Positions 9,753 to 19,890 of a stretch of 64,000 bases of DNA are shown here, one piece after another (the first letter of the stretch is position 1; each line of letters begins with the position of its first letter). Made by a program: the position numbers and the translations under genes. The stretch comes from Candidatus Woesearchaeota archaeon (GTDB lineage: Archaea > Nanobdellota > Nanobdellia > SCGC-AAA011-G17 > JACPIM01). The notes under the pieces are model-generated. The model did not search any database and was not told the origin of the DNA. It saw only the letters and a program-made list of their open reading frames with translations. Location: assembly GCA_964513145.1 (NCBI GenBank), contig CAZELK010000003.1:32001-96000 (forward strand), given 5' to 3'.

Positions 9753-11075
9753 TTTTTTCTTTTTAGTTTTATTTTCTTCCGAGATTCTTATTTTTTTCAT
9801 AACTTGCTGAACTGGATTTTTTATATTATTGCACCAGAAATCTGGCTTGCATACTAGCATTCCTTTATAGTAACTTGGATTGTCACAATTTGGGGGGAGA
9901 ATATCCTGTTTTTGTCTTTTATGCCAACTTATTTGAGATATTATGTAGCCGTCTCTTAATTGTTCATAATTTAATTTGTTCCATTCTAATAATCTTGCCT
10001 GTATCTGATCCAATGACCAGCCCATTTTTTTCAAAAAATTAATTAAAATAAAAATAGTTCTTTTTCTTCCATCATGCTGCATTCCTTTAAGCAATAACTG
10101 CATACAAGGCGGAAATAAGTCTTCTTTTATAGCTATTTTTGGGAGCTCATATTCTTTTTTTTCTTTGGAAATTATTTTTTCGTTTTGATTTTTTATTTCA
10201 TTTCTTACCAAGTTTCTTGAATGCCAATCAAAGGCCTGAATCAATAATTCTGAAGCGTCATTACCTTTACCTTTATATTCTAAAAATGAGCCAGTTACTT
10301 CAGTCTTATCTGGTGTTGCATTTTCCCTTTTAAAATTTAATATATTGCTTAATTCTATTGGTATACTTACCAGACCGCTTTTTTCGTTTAAACTGTATAT
10401 TGACCTGAACATATGACGGCTTGAGATTAAAACACTGTCAATGTCGATGACTGTAAACGGATTAAAAGAATTATTTTCCAAAAAATTATTGCTTTCTTTA
10501 TTTAATATTTTGCTTAAATCTTCAATATTATAATTATCTAAAATTTTTGCTTTTAAGTGGTCTTTAATGAAATTTTTTATATAGGAATTGACAACTCTTA
10601 TTCCTTCTGGAAATAATAACTTAACTTCCTTATTGTTTATGTGGGAAGGAAAACTTTCAAATGGTATTCCTATATGAAGGCCGCTGTTCCCACTAAATTT
10701 TGCAGAAATATTTTTTACATTATGAAATTTTAAACATTCAACAACTAAATTTGCGCATAATTTTGCGACTTCAAAAATCTTTGTATCCAAATCTATTACT
10801 ATATCAAAACCAATTCTTAATTCGTCCAGCTCTTTTTGATTCATGCCTGTTTTTAATTTTAAAGGATCTCTGAAACGCTCCAAAGAAACATGGAAAGAAG
10901 TTGCGCCTTGTTTTGCAAGTTCCAATATGTCATTTTCATATTCTAAAATATCCGGTCTTTTACCAAAACCTTTTTCACCAAATTTAACTGCGAATTCCCT
11001 GTTTTTTGCTAGCTTTACTATCTCTTTTTGAATACTTTTTTTACTATAGAACTTTAATATATTTGTATCTATCAT
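9747..11075 (-). CDS. Fused DNA primase (PriS catalytic plus PriL Fe-S domain)
   Basis: DIVIDLD and KFSGNSGLH PriS motifs, then PPCM...PPNC...C..C PriL-CTD cysteines. Confidence 0.88.
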   Translation of the reverse strand: MIDTNILKFYSKKSIQKEIVKLAKNREFAVKFGEKGFGKRPDILEYENDILELAKQGATSFHVSLERFRDPLKLKTGMNQKELDELRIGFDIVIDLDTKIFEVAKLCANLVVECLKFHNVKNISAKFSGNSGLHIGIPFESFPSHINNKEVKLLFPEGIRVVNSYIKNFIKDHLKAKILDNYNIEDLSKILNKESNNFLENNSFNPFTVIDIDSVLISSRHMFRSIYSLNEKSGLVSIPIELSNILNFKRENATPDKTEVTGSFLEYKGKGNDASELLIQAFDWHSRNLVRNEIKNQNEKIISKEKKEYELPKIAIKEDLFPPCMQLLLKGMQHDGRKRTIFILINFLKKMGWSLDQIQARLLEWNKLNYEQLRDGYIISQISWHKRQKQDILPPNCDNPSYYKGMLVCKPDFWCNNIKNPVQQVMKKIRISEENKTKKKKS

Positions 11076-11130
11076 GTTCCCCAGTTTTTTAAATGATTAT
11101 CTTAATAAATATATACTCCTTTATAGAATT

Positions 11131-11529
11131 ATGGAAACTAAAGACTTAAAACAAACAATCATTTTTAGAGCAAGCCCACATGACGTTTATGAGTCTTTGA
11201 TGGATTCTGTAAAACACTCTAAATTTACAAATAGCAAGGCAGTTATCAGCAGGGAAATCAATGGGAAATTTACTGCATATGATGGATATATTAAAGGAAC
11301 TAATCTAGAATTAATTCGGGATAAAAAAATAGTACAAGAATGGCAAGGAACTGGGGAAGGATGGTCCAAAGATTATTTTTCAAAAGTAACATTTTTACTC
11401 TCTAAAGATAAAGAGGGCACTAAACTAATATTTATTCATGAAGGAATACCTGAAGAATGGTACGAAGACATTAAAGCGGGGTGGCATGAGCATTATTGGG
11501 AACCAATGAAAAAAATGCTTGAAAAGTAA
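11131..11529 (+). CDS. SRPBCC/AHSA1-like domain protein
   Basis: ASPHDVYE...KIVQEW...GWHEHYW pattern. Confidence 0.85.
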   Translation: METKDLKQTIIFRASPHDVYESLMDSVKHSKFTNSKAVISREINGKFTAYDGYIKGTNLELIRDKKIVQEWQGTGEGWSKDYFSKVTFLLSKDKEGTKLIFIHEGIPEEWYEDIKAGWHEHYWEPMKKMLEK

Positions 11530-11897
11530 TGGCAAAAATAGCAAATTTAGATGAGAAATATTTACTTTTAAGAAAATTTGTTTATGATATAGAACTAAGG
11601 GCTGATTATTTTATTGAGCAGATCAAAAATTATGGACATAATGAACTCAAAAAAAGAAAACTTCTTTTTAAGGAAATCTCTATTTTCTCACATGCGCTTT
11701 TATTAGCTACTGAGAGAAATAGCGAAGAATTTCCTGAATATAATAGTAATTTTAAAAAAATTAATACTTTTTGTGAAAATATTTCTAAGTTAGCTAACAA
11801 TGCCCTATCTTCAGGCAGACTTACTCATGAAGTTTTAGAACAAATTAATGGCCAATTATTTTTTATAAAACAAGAATTAAAGAAGATTGATACTTAA
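11529..11897 (+). CDS. Hypothetical helical protein
   Basis: 122-aa ORF coupled to the upstream gene. Confidence 0.6.
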   Translation: MAKIANLDEKYLLLRKFVYDIELRADYFIEQIKNYGHNELKKRKLLFKEISIFSHALLLATERNSEEFPEYNSNFKKINTFCENISKLANNALSSGRLTHEVLEQINGQLFFIKQELKKIDT

Positions 11898-12964
11898 TAA
11901 TTTTTTAAAATGGCTTTATTTATTTGTGCTTCTTTAATATTTTTTATTCTCTTTTGAAAATCTGAAATAAATTTTATTAGTTCATCAGAAAGCATTTTTT
12001 TTACTTCTCCAGAAAGAACTTTGCCTTTTTTATAATTCTCAAATAATTCTTCAGATTTTTTTTTATTAAAGAAAAATTTAGAAAGATACTGACAAGCAAT
12101 ATCAACTTCTGGATTACCACCTAATTTTTTGTGTTCTTCAATTGTTTTTTGACCACCACTGAAGGCATTATTAATTTTTTTTGCTATTGTTTTTGGATCA
12201 TCTTTTAAAAATATCCCGTTATTTTTCGATTTAGACATTTTTTCTCCATCGATACCTGGCAAAAATGTAGTATGCAGAACTGACGGCTTTTCATAACCCA
12301 TTAATGGAGCTACGTCACGGCAAATTCGGATGTGACTATCTTCATCTGGACCAATTATAACAAGAATATTTTTAATTTTTAATTTTTCTTGTGGAAATAG
12401 GATATGCGCAGACTGGACTGATGGATAGAAATAAAGCCCAATATTATCTTCATTTTTATAACCATATGTAGCTTTAACTTCTGACAGATTGATTTTTTTT
12501 GATAATTTTATTGCTAAATTATAAATATTTGTATATATCTGATCAATTATAAAAAATGTATTCTTAGGATCAAAGCCATAAGCTAATAACTCTTTTGCCA
12601 AGGTCAAAGAATTCTTTAAAGCCTCTTCCTGGTTTTTTACTTTTCCAGCAACGTAACTCTCATCATCTGAAATTGGAATAAAAACCGGAATGCCAAATTT
12701 TTTTTGAAAATATAAATTTGTATCAAAAACTACTTTATGCCCCAAATGAATTGTACCAGAGGCATTAAATCCAGAAACAATAGCACATTTTTCGTTTCTT
12801 TTTAATGCACTTAAAAATTTATCAAAATCTCTGTGTGAATATATTAACTTATTTTTAAATGTATAAAAATCAGGAATTTCTTTTAACTCAGAAATGAGCC
12901 TAGCACCAAATTCTTTTACGAGTTTTTCATTATCCAATAATAGATTTTCTGCATTTTTTCCCAT
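11894..12964 (-). CDS. trpS: Tryptophanyl-tRNA synthetase (archaeal type)
   Basis: HLGH and KMSKS class I motifs; AFSGGQKT...GGNPEVD. Confidence 0.95.
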   Translation of the reverse strand: MGKNAENLLLDNEKLVKEFGARLISELKEIPDFYTFKNKLIYSHRDFDKFLSALKRNEKCAIVSGFNASGTIHLGHKVVFDTNLYFQKKFGIPVFIPISDDESYVAGKVKNQEEALKNSLTLAKELLAYGFDPKNTFFIIDQIYTNIYNLAIKLSKKINLSEVKATYGYKNEDNIGLYFYPSVQSAHILFPQEKLKIKNILVIIGPDEDSHIRICRDVAPLMGYEKPSVLHTTFLPGIDGEKMSKSKNNGIFLKDDPKTIAKKINNAFSGGQKTIEEHKKLGGNPEVDIACQYLSKFFFNKKKSEELFENYKKGKVLSGEVKKMLSDELIKFISDFQKRIKNIKEAQINKAILKNY

Positions 12965-13008
12965 AAAATTAAGAAAACTCTATTAATATTTAAATAGTAT
13001 GTTTTTTA

Positions 13009-13083
13009 TTAAATAAAAAAGAAAATTATTACACTCAGCAGAGCAAGAAAGAAGAATAGCAAAGCTTCTTTTTTTGAAGACAT
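13009..13083 (-). CDS. Possible 24-aa hydrophobic micro-peptide
   Basis: MSSKKEALLFFFLALLSVIIFFFI*; very short and may be chance. Confidence 0.3.
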   Translation of the reverse strand: MSSKKEALLFFFLALLSVIIFFFI

Positions 13084-13135
13084 AAATATTATAATTATTT
13101 CAAGTATTAAAATCCAATTTTGTGCGCTTATTAAT

Positions 13136-13309
13136 TCAGACATATTTTGCTCCAGTGATTAAACCAAAACCTATTATCGCCAATACTCCCCCCAGAATTT
13201 CAACAAGAGGATTGTTAGCTAATTTTACTATTATGATAGCAACCACTATTAAAGCTACACCAGATATATTAAATGCTAAACTTACTTTTGGTTTTGCTTT
13301 TTTCTCCAT
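13136..13309 (-). CDS. 57-aa two-TM membrane protein (not in ORF track)
   Basis: MEKKAKPKVSLAFNISGVALIVVAIIIVKLANNPLVEILGGVLAIIGFGLITGAKYV*. Confidence 0.65.
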   Translation of the reverse strand: MEKKAKPKVSLAFNISGVALIVVAIIIVKLANNPLVEILGGVLAIIGFGLITGAKYV

Positions 13310-13361
13310 TTTTATTAATAAAACTTTTTAAATATTTGAAGGTCTGTTGGAAGTTCAAATA

Positions 13362-13640
13362 TTACTTATTTAAATTGTAAATATAATTAAAAAAATCCAA
13401 TGCTTTTAAAGCTTGAATCTGTTTTTTATTTCCGACTTCTAATTGTTGCCCAGCTATTTCCAAACATTTTTCTAAATCCCAAAATCTTCCACTATAATCT
13501 TTGACTATTCTTGGCTTTTGAGACCAATGCTCGTAATAAGTTTCGTCTGTCCAACTTTGCATAAATTTACCTTTCAATTCCTTGAGTTCTTCTGAAGAAA
13601 ATTTATAAAATGGGAAATTTACTTTATTCATTTCAACCAA
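13362..13640 (-). CDS. Hypothetical protein
   Basis: 92-aa ORF overlapping the stop of the FNR-like gene. Confidence 0.6.
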   Translation of the reverse strand: MVEMNKVNFPFYKFSSEELKELKGKFMQSWTDETYYEHWSQKPRIVKDYSGRFWDLEKCLEIAGQQLEVGNKKQIQALKALDFFNYIYNLNK

Positions 13641-14343
13641 ATCTTTCCAATTTAATTTTTTCTTCCTTTACATTAATACTTTTTAGGAGTTTATTTGTAT
13701 CTTCTACCATAGTTGTAGGACCACAGATAAAATAATAAGGTTCTTGTATATTATTTACAATATTTCTTATCATTTTTTCATCTATTCTTCCTGTTAAACC
13801 AGACCATTTTTCCCCATTTGGCCTTGTTATAGTAAGGTGAATGTTTATATTTTTTGGATAATTATTTGACATTAGTTCTTTTTTGAAAGTAATATCTTCT
13901 ATAGTTTTTGATGAGTAGATTAAAGTTGCTTTATTATCTTTTAAATTTTTGTCTTTAATATATCTTAACATGCATGCCAATGGTGTAATGCCGACGCCAC
14001 CAGCTAGTAAGACTATATTTTTTTGTGCGTTTTCATCAAAAACAAAGTGACCATAAGGACCAGCAATATCCATTTCTTCGCCTAACTTCATATTGAAAAG
14101 ACGTTTTGAAACTAATCCTTTTTCAGGATATATTTTAACTGTTAAGTCCAAATAATCTTTTGTTAATGGGGAAGAAGATATTGAATAGGCTCTTTTTACG
14201 AATTTTTTTACTCCATCTATAACTATGTCAGCATTTACCATTACAAACTGGCCTGGCTTAAAATTGAACTCCCTATCTAAAGCAAACCTTATTGTTCTAG
14301 TATCTGGTGTTTCATCCCAAACATCAATAACTTTCATTATCAT
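13633..14343 (-). CDS. FAD/NAD(P)-binding oxidoreductase, ferredoxin-NADP reductase family
   Basis: RAYSISS, GPYGHF, AGGVGITP and ICGP motifs. Confidence 0.92.
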   Translation of the reverse strand: MIMKVIDVWDETPDTRTIRFALDREFNFKPGQFVMVNADIVIDGVKKFVKRAYSISSSPLTKDYLDLTVKIYPEKGLVSKRLFNMKLGEEMDIAGPYGHFVFDENAQKNIVLLAGGVGITPLACMLRYIKDKNLKDNKATLIYSSKTIEDITFKKELMSNNYPKNINIHLTITRPNGEKWSGLTGRIDEKMIRNIVNNIQEPYYFICGPTTMVEDTNKLLKSINVKEEKIKLERFG

Positions 14344-14344
14344 C

Positions 14345-14410
14345 GTAACCTTTTAATAAAAGCTTAACCAAAAGCTTTTTGTAACCTTTTAGCGAAAAGC
14401 TTAAGCAAAA
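14345..14410 (+). repeat. REP-like hairpin repeat, tandem pair
   Basis: GTAACCTTTT-N-AAAGCTTAAcCAAAA twice; family recurs at 20857, 25133, 25311, 34808, 35831, 56180, 59016. Confidence 0.65.
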
Positions 14411-14488
14411 AAAGCAAAGTTTAAACTAACGCTTTCTTGTAGAAAATAACTAAAAAACTATATATATTTAAAATTTACCTTTGTATTT

Positions 14489-15334
14489 ATGCTTAGCCAA
14501 ATACTTGGGAATTTAGATAAAAAACCAATAGATGCTGCTTTGGACAAGGTTAAAAAGCTTGTCAGAATACCTTCTAACTTAACTATATATTTTTTAGAGA
14601 AGATTGACTTTTGTTACTCTATTAAATTACCCAAAAATATCCAAGACAAGTTTAAAGTATCATGTGAACATAAAATTTCTTTTTCTTTTAAATTTAAAAA
14701 AAGGAAAATTATTGTCATATATCTAGAGAAGGACCTTTTGCAAAATCTGGATGCCTTAATCGGATTATTGCTTCATGAAATAACTCATATAAACCATATT
14801 GACAAAAGAGTTTATAGTTCAATTTATTCGAGCTACAATATTGGTTACAATAAAAATCTTAATTTGTTTAAATCATTGTCTTATGATAAAAATAAAATAT
14901 TAAAATTATTTCATGATATTTCCCTGATAACTATTTTAACATTAAAAGATATTTATACTAATAATGAATTGATTGACAAAAATCTTACAAATTATTTAAT
15001 TGCCTATTACAAAATTGAATTTAACAGGAAAATCTGCCCAAAACCAATATTTTATAAAAATATCAAATCATTAGCAAAAAAAGATCTTAATATCATAAAA
15101 AATGTTTTTGAATTTGAATTAGCTTTGCTTTCAGTTATATTACCATTATATGAAACCAAGAAAGCAAACTATTTAGTTAAATTCATAGAAACTTGCTATG
15201 AAATAAATATTCAAGAAATATCTCAGAAATGCCACGAATTAATAAGGCTGTATTTTGCTGAATTTAAGAAAAAAGAATTTAATCAAGATTTCATTAACCT
15301 GGTTTTTTTGAAGGTTTATAATCTGCTTAAGTAA
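14489..15334 (+). CDS. Hypothetical protein with HExxH motif (possible Zn-metallopeptidase-like)
   Basis: LLHEITHINH. Confidence 0.6.
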   Translation: MLSQILGNLDKKPIDAALDKVKKLVRIPSNLTIYFLEKIDFCYSIKLPKNIQDKFKVSCEHKISFSFKFKKRKIIVIYLEKDLLQNLDALIGLLLHEITHINHIDKRVYSSIYSSYNIGYNKNLNLFKSLSYDKNKILKLFHDISLITILTLKDIYTNNELIDKNLTNYLIAYYKIEFNRKICPKPIFYKNIKSLAKKDLNIIKNVFEFELALLSVILPLYETKKANYLVKFIETCYEINIQEISQKCHELIRLYFAEFKKKEFNQDFINLVFLKVYNLLK

Positions 15335-15365
15335 ATTTTATATACCTTCTTTTAAAGTTAATTTT

Positions 15366-16559
15366 ATGTTAATAGGTTTTGTTGGCAAGCCCAGCACAGG
15401 AAAATCAACATTTTTTAAGGCAACAACGTTGGCTGAAGTAGCTATAGCTTCCCACCCATTTACTACTATAAAACCAAATCATGCTGTCGGATATGTAAAA
15501 CTTAAATGTGTAGATGTTGAATTTAATGTTAAATGCACACCAAGGTTTGGGTATTGCATTAATGGAAACAGGTTTGTACCAATAGATCTAATAGATGTTG
15601 CTGGATTAATTGAGGGAAGTTATGAAGGCAAGGGTCTTGGAAGCCAATTTCTTTCTGATTTAAACCAAGCTGATGCTTTGGTTCATATTATTGATATATC
15701 TGGGAGCACAAATGAAAAAGGTGAATCAGTAAAACCATTAAGCCATGACCCACGAAAAGACATAAAATTTTTAGAAAATGAACTAGATATGTGGTATTTA
15801 GGGATAATGAAAAAAGGCTGGGATAAATTCGCGAGAACAGTCCAGCAAGAAAACCAGAACATAAAAAAGGCTTTAGCAAAACAATTATCAGGATTAAAAG
15901 TTACTGAAGAAATTGTTGAAAATGTTATTAAAAAATTAAATTTAAGTCATCATCCTTTAGAATGGTCTGAAACAGACTTGAAAAGTTTAGCATCAGAATT
16001 AAGAAAGTTAACTAAACCAATGATTATAGCTGCGAACAAAATTGATATTGAAGGATCAAAATATAATTTGGATAAAATGATTGAACAGTTTCCTGAATAC
16101 AAAATCTTCCCATGCTCAGCAGATTCTGAATTGGCTTTAAGAGAAGCAGCCAAACATAATTTGATAGAGTATATTCCTGGTGAAAACAATTTTAATATTA
16201 TTTCTGGCAAATTAACTGATACTCAAAAGAAAGCGCTAGAATTTATAAAAATTAATGTTTTAGATATTTATGGATCTACAGGGGTACAGAATATTTTGGA
16301 TTATATAGTTTTTAACTTGCTTAAATATATTGGTGTTTTCCCTGGGGGGGCTAATAATCTAAAGGACAGCCAAGGGAGAATAATTCCTGATTGTTATTTA
16401 TTGCCTGAAAATTCAACAGCTTTGGATTTTGCATTTAGACTACATACTGATTTAGGAAATAATTTTATCAAGGCTATAGATGTAAAAACAAAAAGAGTTA
16501 TTGGAAAAGAGTACAAATTAAAACACAGAGACAGCATCGAGATAGTGACTAGGAAATAA
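15366..16559 (+). CDS. ychF: Redox-regulated ATPase YchF (OBG family, TGS domain)
   Basis: GKPSTGKST, PFTTIKPN, DVAGL, NKID and C-terminal TGS. Confidence 0.93.
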   Translation: MLIGFVGKPSTGKSTFFKATTLAEVAIASHPFTTIKPNHAVGYVKLKCVDVEFNVKCTPRFGYCINGNRFVPIDLIDVAGLIEGSYEGKGLGSQFLSDLNQADALVHIIDISGSTNEKGESVKPLSHDPRKDIKFLENELDMWYLGIMKKGWDKFARTVQQENQNIKKALAKQLSGLKVTEEIVENVIKKLNLSHHPLEWSETDLKSLASELRKLTKPMIIAANKIDIEGSKYNLDKMIEQFPEYKIFPCSADSELALREAAKHNLIEYIPGENNFNIISGKLTDTQKKALEFIKINVLDIYGSTGVQNILDYIVFNLLKYIGVFPGGANNLKDSQGRIIPDCYLLPENSTALDFAFRLHTDLGNNFIKAIDVKTKRVIGKEYKLKHRDSIEIVTRK

Positions 16560-16610
16560 ATTGCGTTAAAAATAGAAATATTTATATATTCTGTAACCTT
16601 AAATAAGGTT

Positions 16611-17306
16611 ATGTTAAATTTAACAGAATTAAGGCAAAATGAGAATGTACGTAGGATTTTAGGGAATGTTGAAATAGCTACAGTTATAAAAAAAATTAAT
16701 GGCAGAAAATTAAAACAAGTTGAAAGAAATTATTTGTCCAGATCAATTAGACCTAAATTAATTGGTGCTAAATTATTAACACAACAGAATATTTTAGATT
16801 TAATAAAGAAGACTAATAAAATAAAGAAAAGCAATATAATCTTTAATTTAAGTAAATTTGGATATGATCTTATTTCGAATTATAATTTTTCTTATAAAGA
16901 AAATTTAAAATTGGAAGATCTGATCACGATCATTATTGCAGATTGTCCGGAATCTAGATATATTGAAAGCATCCCAATATTACTTTTAAAAAATAAGATA
17001 AACCCATTGTTATTATTAGAATTAGCCTTAAAATACAATATTAAAAACCAAATAGGGTATTTGTTAGAAACAAGTTTTATTATAGCTAAAAAATTTAGAA
17101 TTTCTAAAAAGATAGATTATCTTAATGATTTATTGGAATATCTTGGATTATACAAACAAAATGAACTTATAATACTTGGTTATGATGCTGATAATCTATA
17201 TAAAGAGTTTTTAAGAAAAACAAGTCCAATCAGAATAAAGAAATGGAATTTATTAGGGAGATATTTTGATGAAGATTTTGTTCATAATGCGGGAGTTTAT
17301 TTATGA
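16611..17306 (+). CDS. Putative antitoxin-like partner of the downstream nucleotidyltransferase
   Basis: Overlaps the start of the NTase gene by 4 nt; assigned from gene-pair architecture. Confidence 0.5.
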   Translation: MLNLTELRQNENVRRILGNVEIATVIKKINGRKLKQVERNYLSRSIRPKLIGAKLLTQQNILDLIKKTNKIKKSNIIFNLSKFGYDLISNYNFSYKENLKLEDLITIIIADCPESRYIESIPILLLKNKINPLLLLELALKYNIKNQIGYLLETSFIIAKKFRISKKIDYLNDLLEYLGLYKQNELIILGYDADNLYKEFLRKTSPIRIKKWNLLGRYFDEDFVHNAGVYL

Positions 17307-17818
17307 TTAAAAAAAATGATTTATTAAACTGGTTAAAGGAAATAGACCCCAAATTAGAAAACAAAATAGTTTTAACAGCTGTTGGCGGAACTGCAATGAC
17401 ACTTTTAGACTTAAAAGAATCAACTATTGATATTGATTTTGACATAAATAAAAATAATTATGATGAATTTAAAAAATTAGTTTTACGATCTAAAATATTT
17501 CGTGTTGATATTTTTCAAAATGGATATATATTTTCTGAACAACTCCCTGAAGATTATGTTGATATTGCTTTTGAATATAATTCTATTAAATTTAAAAATA
17601 TAGTCCTTAAAATATTAAACCCAATTGATATTATTTTAACTAAATCTGCAAGATATAATTCCAGAGATGAGGAAGATATAGCAACATTAGTTAAGAAAAT
17701 TAAAATTGATAAATCCAAATTAAAAAAGAGATTTCACAAGGTATTAGAAAGTTATGCTGGACTTGAAACTAATTTTAAATATAATTTTGATTTTATTTTA
17801 AAGAAGCATTTTGACTAA
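17303..17818 (+). CDS. Nucleotidyltransferase (DUF6036/AbiEii-like)
   Basis: VGGTAM..L...STIDID...KSARYNSRDEEDI. Confidence 0.75.
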   Translation: MIKKNDLLNWLKEIDPKLENKIVLTAVGGTAMTLLDLKESTIDIDFDINKNNYDEFKKLVLRSKIFRVDIFQNGYIFSEQLPEDYVDIAFEYNSIKFKNIVLKILNPIDIILTKSARYNSRDEEDIATLVKKIKIDKSKLKKRFHKVLESYAGLETNFKYNFDFILKKHFD

Positions 17819-17822
17819 AAAA

Positions 17823-17975
17823 TTACTTTTTAAATTGCGGACCCTGAACACATAATACGCACATATCTTTTCTCTTGTTAAAGCATTTATCACAAACATA
17901 GGCCAAACAATTATTACAAACCACATTAGCCCACTCTTTACCACAAATGCTACAAAGAGCTTTAATGTCCCCCAT
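17823..17975 (-). CDS. 50-aa double zinc-finger protein (not in ORF track)
   Basis: MGDIKALCSICGKEWANVVCNNCLAYVCDKCFNKRKDMCVLCVQGPQFKK*; four CxxC pairs. Confidence 0.8.
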   Translation of the reverse strand: MGDIKALCSICGKEWANVVCNNCLAYVCDKCFNKRKDMCVLCVQGPQFKK

Positions 17976-18026
17976 AATCTTTTTAAGATAATAATCTATT
18001 TAAATATATTTAGGTTTGATTATTTT

Positions 18027-18209
18027 ATGGTTTTAAAAGAAAGAAAACTAGAACAAGCCTTAAAATTGTATTCTGAAGGAAAGGTAACTTTATGGAAAGC
18101 AGCGAGACTTACTAACATTTCTTTATGGGAAATTATGGAAATAATTAAAGAAAAAAATATTAAAATACAATATGGAGAAAAAGAATTAAAAGAAGATCTT
18201 AAATTTTAA
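18027..18209 (+). CDS. UPF0175 family HTH protein
   Basis: LYSEGKVTLWKAARLTNISLWE. Confidence 0.8.
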   Translation: MVLKERKLEQALKLYSEGKVTLWKAARLTNISLWEIMEIIKEKNIKIQYGEKELKEDLKF

Positions 18210-18657
18210 ATCCCAATAAACTATTATTTAGGAACTTTTCAGCTTCTTTAATAATGTCTTTTGCACTTTTAAAACCCAATAATTTTAAAGCTTCTTTATA
18301 ATCCACCCACTTGAAATCCATGTGTTCGAATGATATTTTGATTTCTTTTGAGCCTGACTTTAGTAAATAATATGCGACTTCTTTATCAATTAATTTACCA
18401 TCCTTTTTAAAAAAATATTTTATTGATTTTTTAAAACCTTTAATTAACTCTAAATTAACTAATCCAGTTTCTTCTTTTATTTCTCTTAACAAAGTTTGTT
18501 CTTCTGCTTCATTTAATTCGACATGGCCTTTTGGAAAATCCCAATATTTATGCTTACCTTCTTTATCGTTAATTCTTTCATATTCTAATAGGAGGTATTT
18601 TCTTTGATTATTTTCTTCTATAAAAATTAATCCACCAATAGATTTCTCCTTGACCAT
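18199..18657 (-). CDS. NUDIX hydrolase (Ap4A hydrolase-like)
   Basis: WDFPKGHVE...LREIKEETG Nudix box; SFEH. Confidence 0.9.
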   Translation of the reverse strand: MVKEKSIGGLIFIEENNQRKYLLLEYERINDKEGKHKYWDFPKGHVELNEAEEQTLLREIKEETGLVNLELIKGFKKSIKYFFKKDGKLIDKEVAYYLLKSGSKEIKISFEHMDFKWVDYKEALKLLGFKSAKDIIKEAEKFLNNSLLGFKI

Positions 18658-18716
18658 TATTATTTGATTTTTTCAAAATATAAAAATATTTATATTAAGC
18701 AGTTTAATCAAGATTC

Positions 18717-19322
18717 ATGTCTTTATTTATTATTTCAGGGTCTTCACAATCAGGAAAAACCACCCTAATTAATCTCCTTTTAAAGGAGAAAAATATTGTA
18801 AGAATTATAACAGCTACCTCTAGAAAGCCCAGACTAGGAGAAAAAGACAAAGTTGATTATTATTTCTTAAAAAAAAGTGACTTTAAAAACAAATCCAAAT
18901 TTATTGAAACTGCTATTGTGCACGGCAATTATTACGGAACTTTAAAAAAAGAGCTAGATGACAAATTAAAATCTGGAAAAAATGTAATCTGGATCATGGA
19001 TGTACAAGGAGTAAAATATGTTTTGGATAATTATAAAGAACTTCCAAAAAATATAGTTACTATTTTTTTAACTCCAATTAAATTGTCTATTCTTCTTAGC
19101 AGGATACAGTTGAAAAATGACATAAACATGGAAAAACGAATAACCAGCATTAAGGAAGAAGTAAAGCAACTTAATTTATTTAATTATATTATTGATACAT
19201 CAAAAAATGTTGAAAATAGCTTGAATGATCTTAAAACAATTATTAATAATGATAAAAATAATATTAAAAAGATTGTTAAATTTACTAAAAACTTTGATAT
19301 TAATTATTTTATAAACAATTAA
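18717..19322 (+). CDS. gmk: Guanylate kinase (bacterial type)
   Basis: GSSQSGKTT P-loop; TSRKPRLGEKDKVDYYF and HGNYYGT GK signatures. Confidence 0.88.
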   Translation: MSLFIISGSSQSGKTTLINLLLKEKNIVRIITATSRKPRLGEKDKVDYYFLKKSDFKNKSKFIETAIVHGNYYGTLKKELDDKLKSGKNVIWIMDVQGVKYVLDNYKELPKNIVTIFLTPIKLSILLSRIQLKNDINMEKRITSIKEEVKQLNLFNYIIDTSKNVENSLNDLKTIINNDKNNIKKIVKFTKNFDINYFINN

Positions 19323-19398
19323 TTCTTCTGAAGATCATTTATTAATCTAGTTTATTGATATTAATAAAGTTTTTAAATTTAAAAAACAATTCGAAATT

Positions 19399-19788
19399 AT
19401 GCAGAAAACTATATACAAGATCAAAAAAATAGAGGTTGCTGATTTTAAACCAAAAGAGTCTGTTTCTATGATTAAAATAACTTATACAAAAAACGACCAA
19501 ATACAGCAGATTGTCAAAGACTTTTCAACAACAAATAACCCAGTTGAACTTGTTAATAAGATAATGCTGGAAGTTAAAAGTAAGGATAAAGTAATAGTTG
19601 AGGAAAGCGACGATATTTTACAAAATATTTACATCACCAGAATTGAAAATGAAGAAGCAACAGAAGAAAAAATGCTAATGTTTTTTCAAAATTTATGCGC
19701 TAAATTCTCCAAAATAAAATCCTTGAAAAAAGCATCAGACTACATGAAATTATATGACGAAATTAAAATTACAAAATTAATTTTATGA
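19399..19788 (+). CDS. Hypothetical protein
   Basis: 129-aa ORF. Confidence 0.65.
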   Translation: MQKTIYKIKKIEVADFKPKESVSMIKITYTKNDQIQQIVKDFSTTNNPVELVNKIMLEVKSKDKVIVEESDDILQNIYITRIENEEATEEKMLMFFQNLCAKFSKIKSLKKASDYMKLYDEIKITKLIL

Positions 19789-19890
19789 CAGCCGTATCCC
19801 AACAGTCCAGCTAGATAGTTTATTAAAAGGAAAAACTCTTGAAGAATGGAAGAAATAAATTTATAATTACTCTTTTCTTTGTTTATACTT

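Noticed and set aside
13122-13331. Track ORF on the + strand (69 aa)
   Set aside because: Shadow of the 57-aa membrane protein on the minus strand
14345-14410. CRISPR array (tandem repeat-like units here and at 56180)
   Set aside because: Only 2-3 degenerate units, no regular unique spacers, and no cas genes in the window
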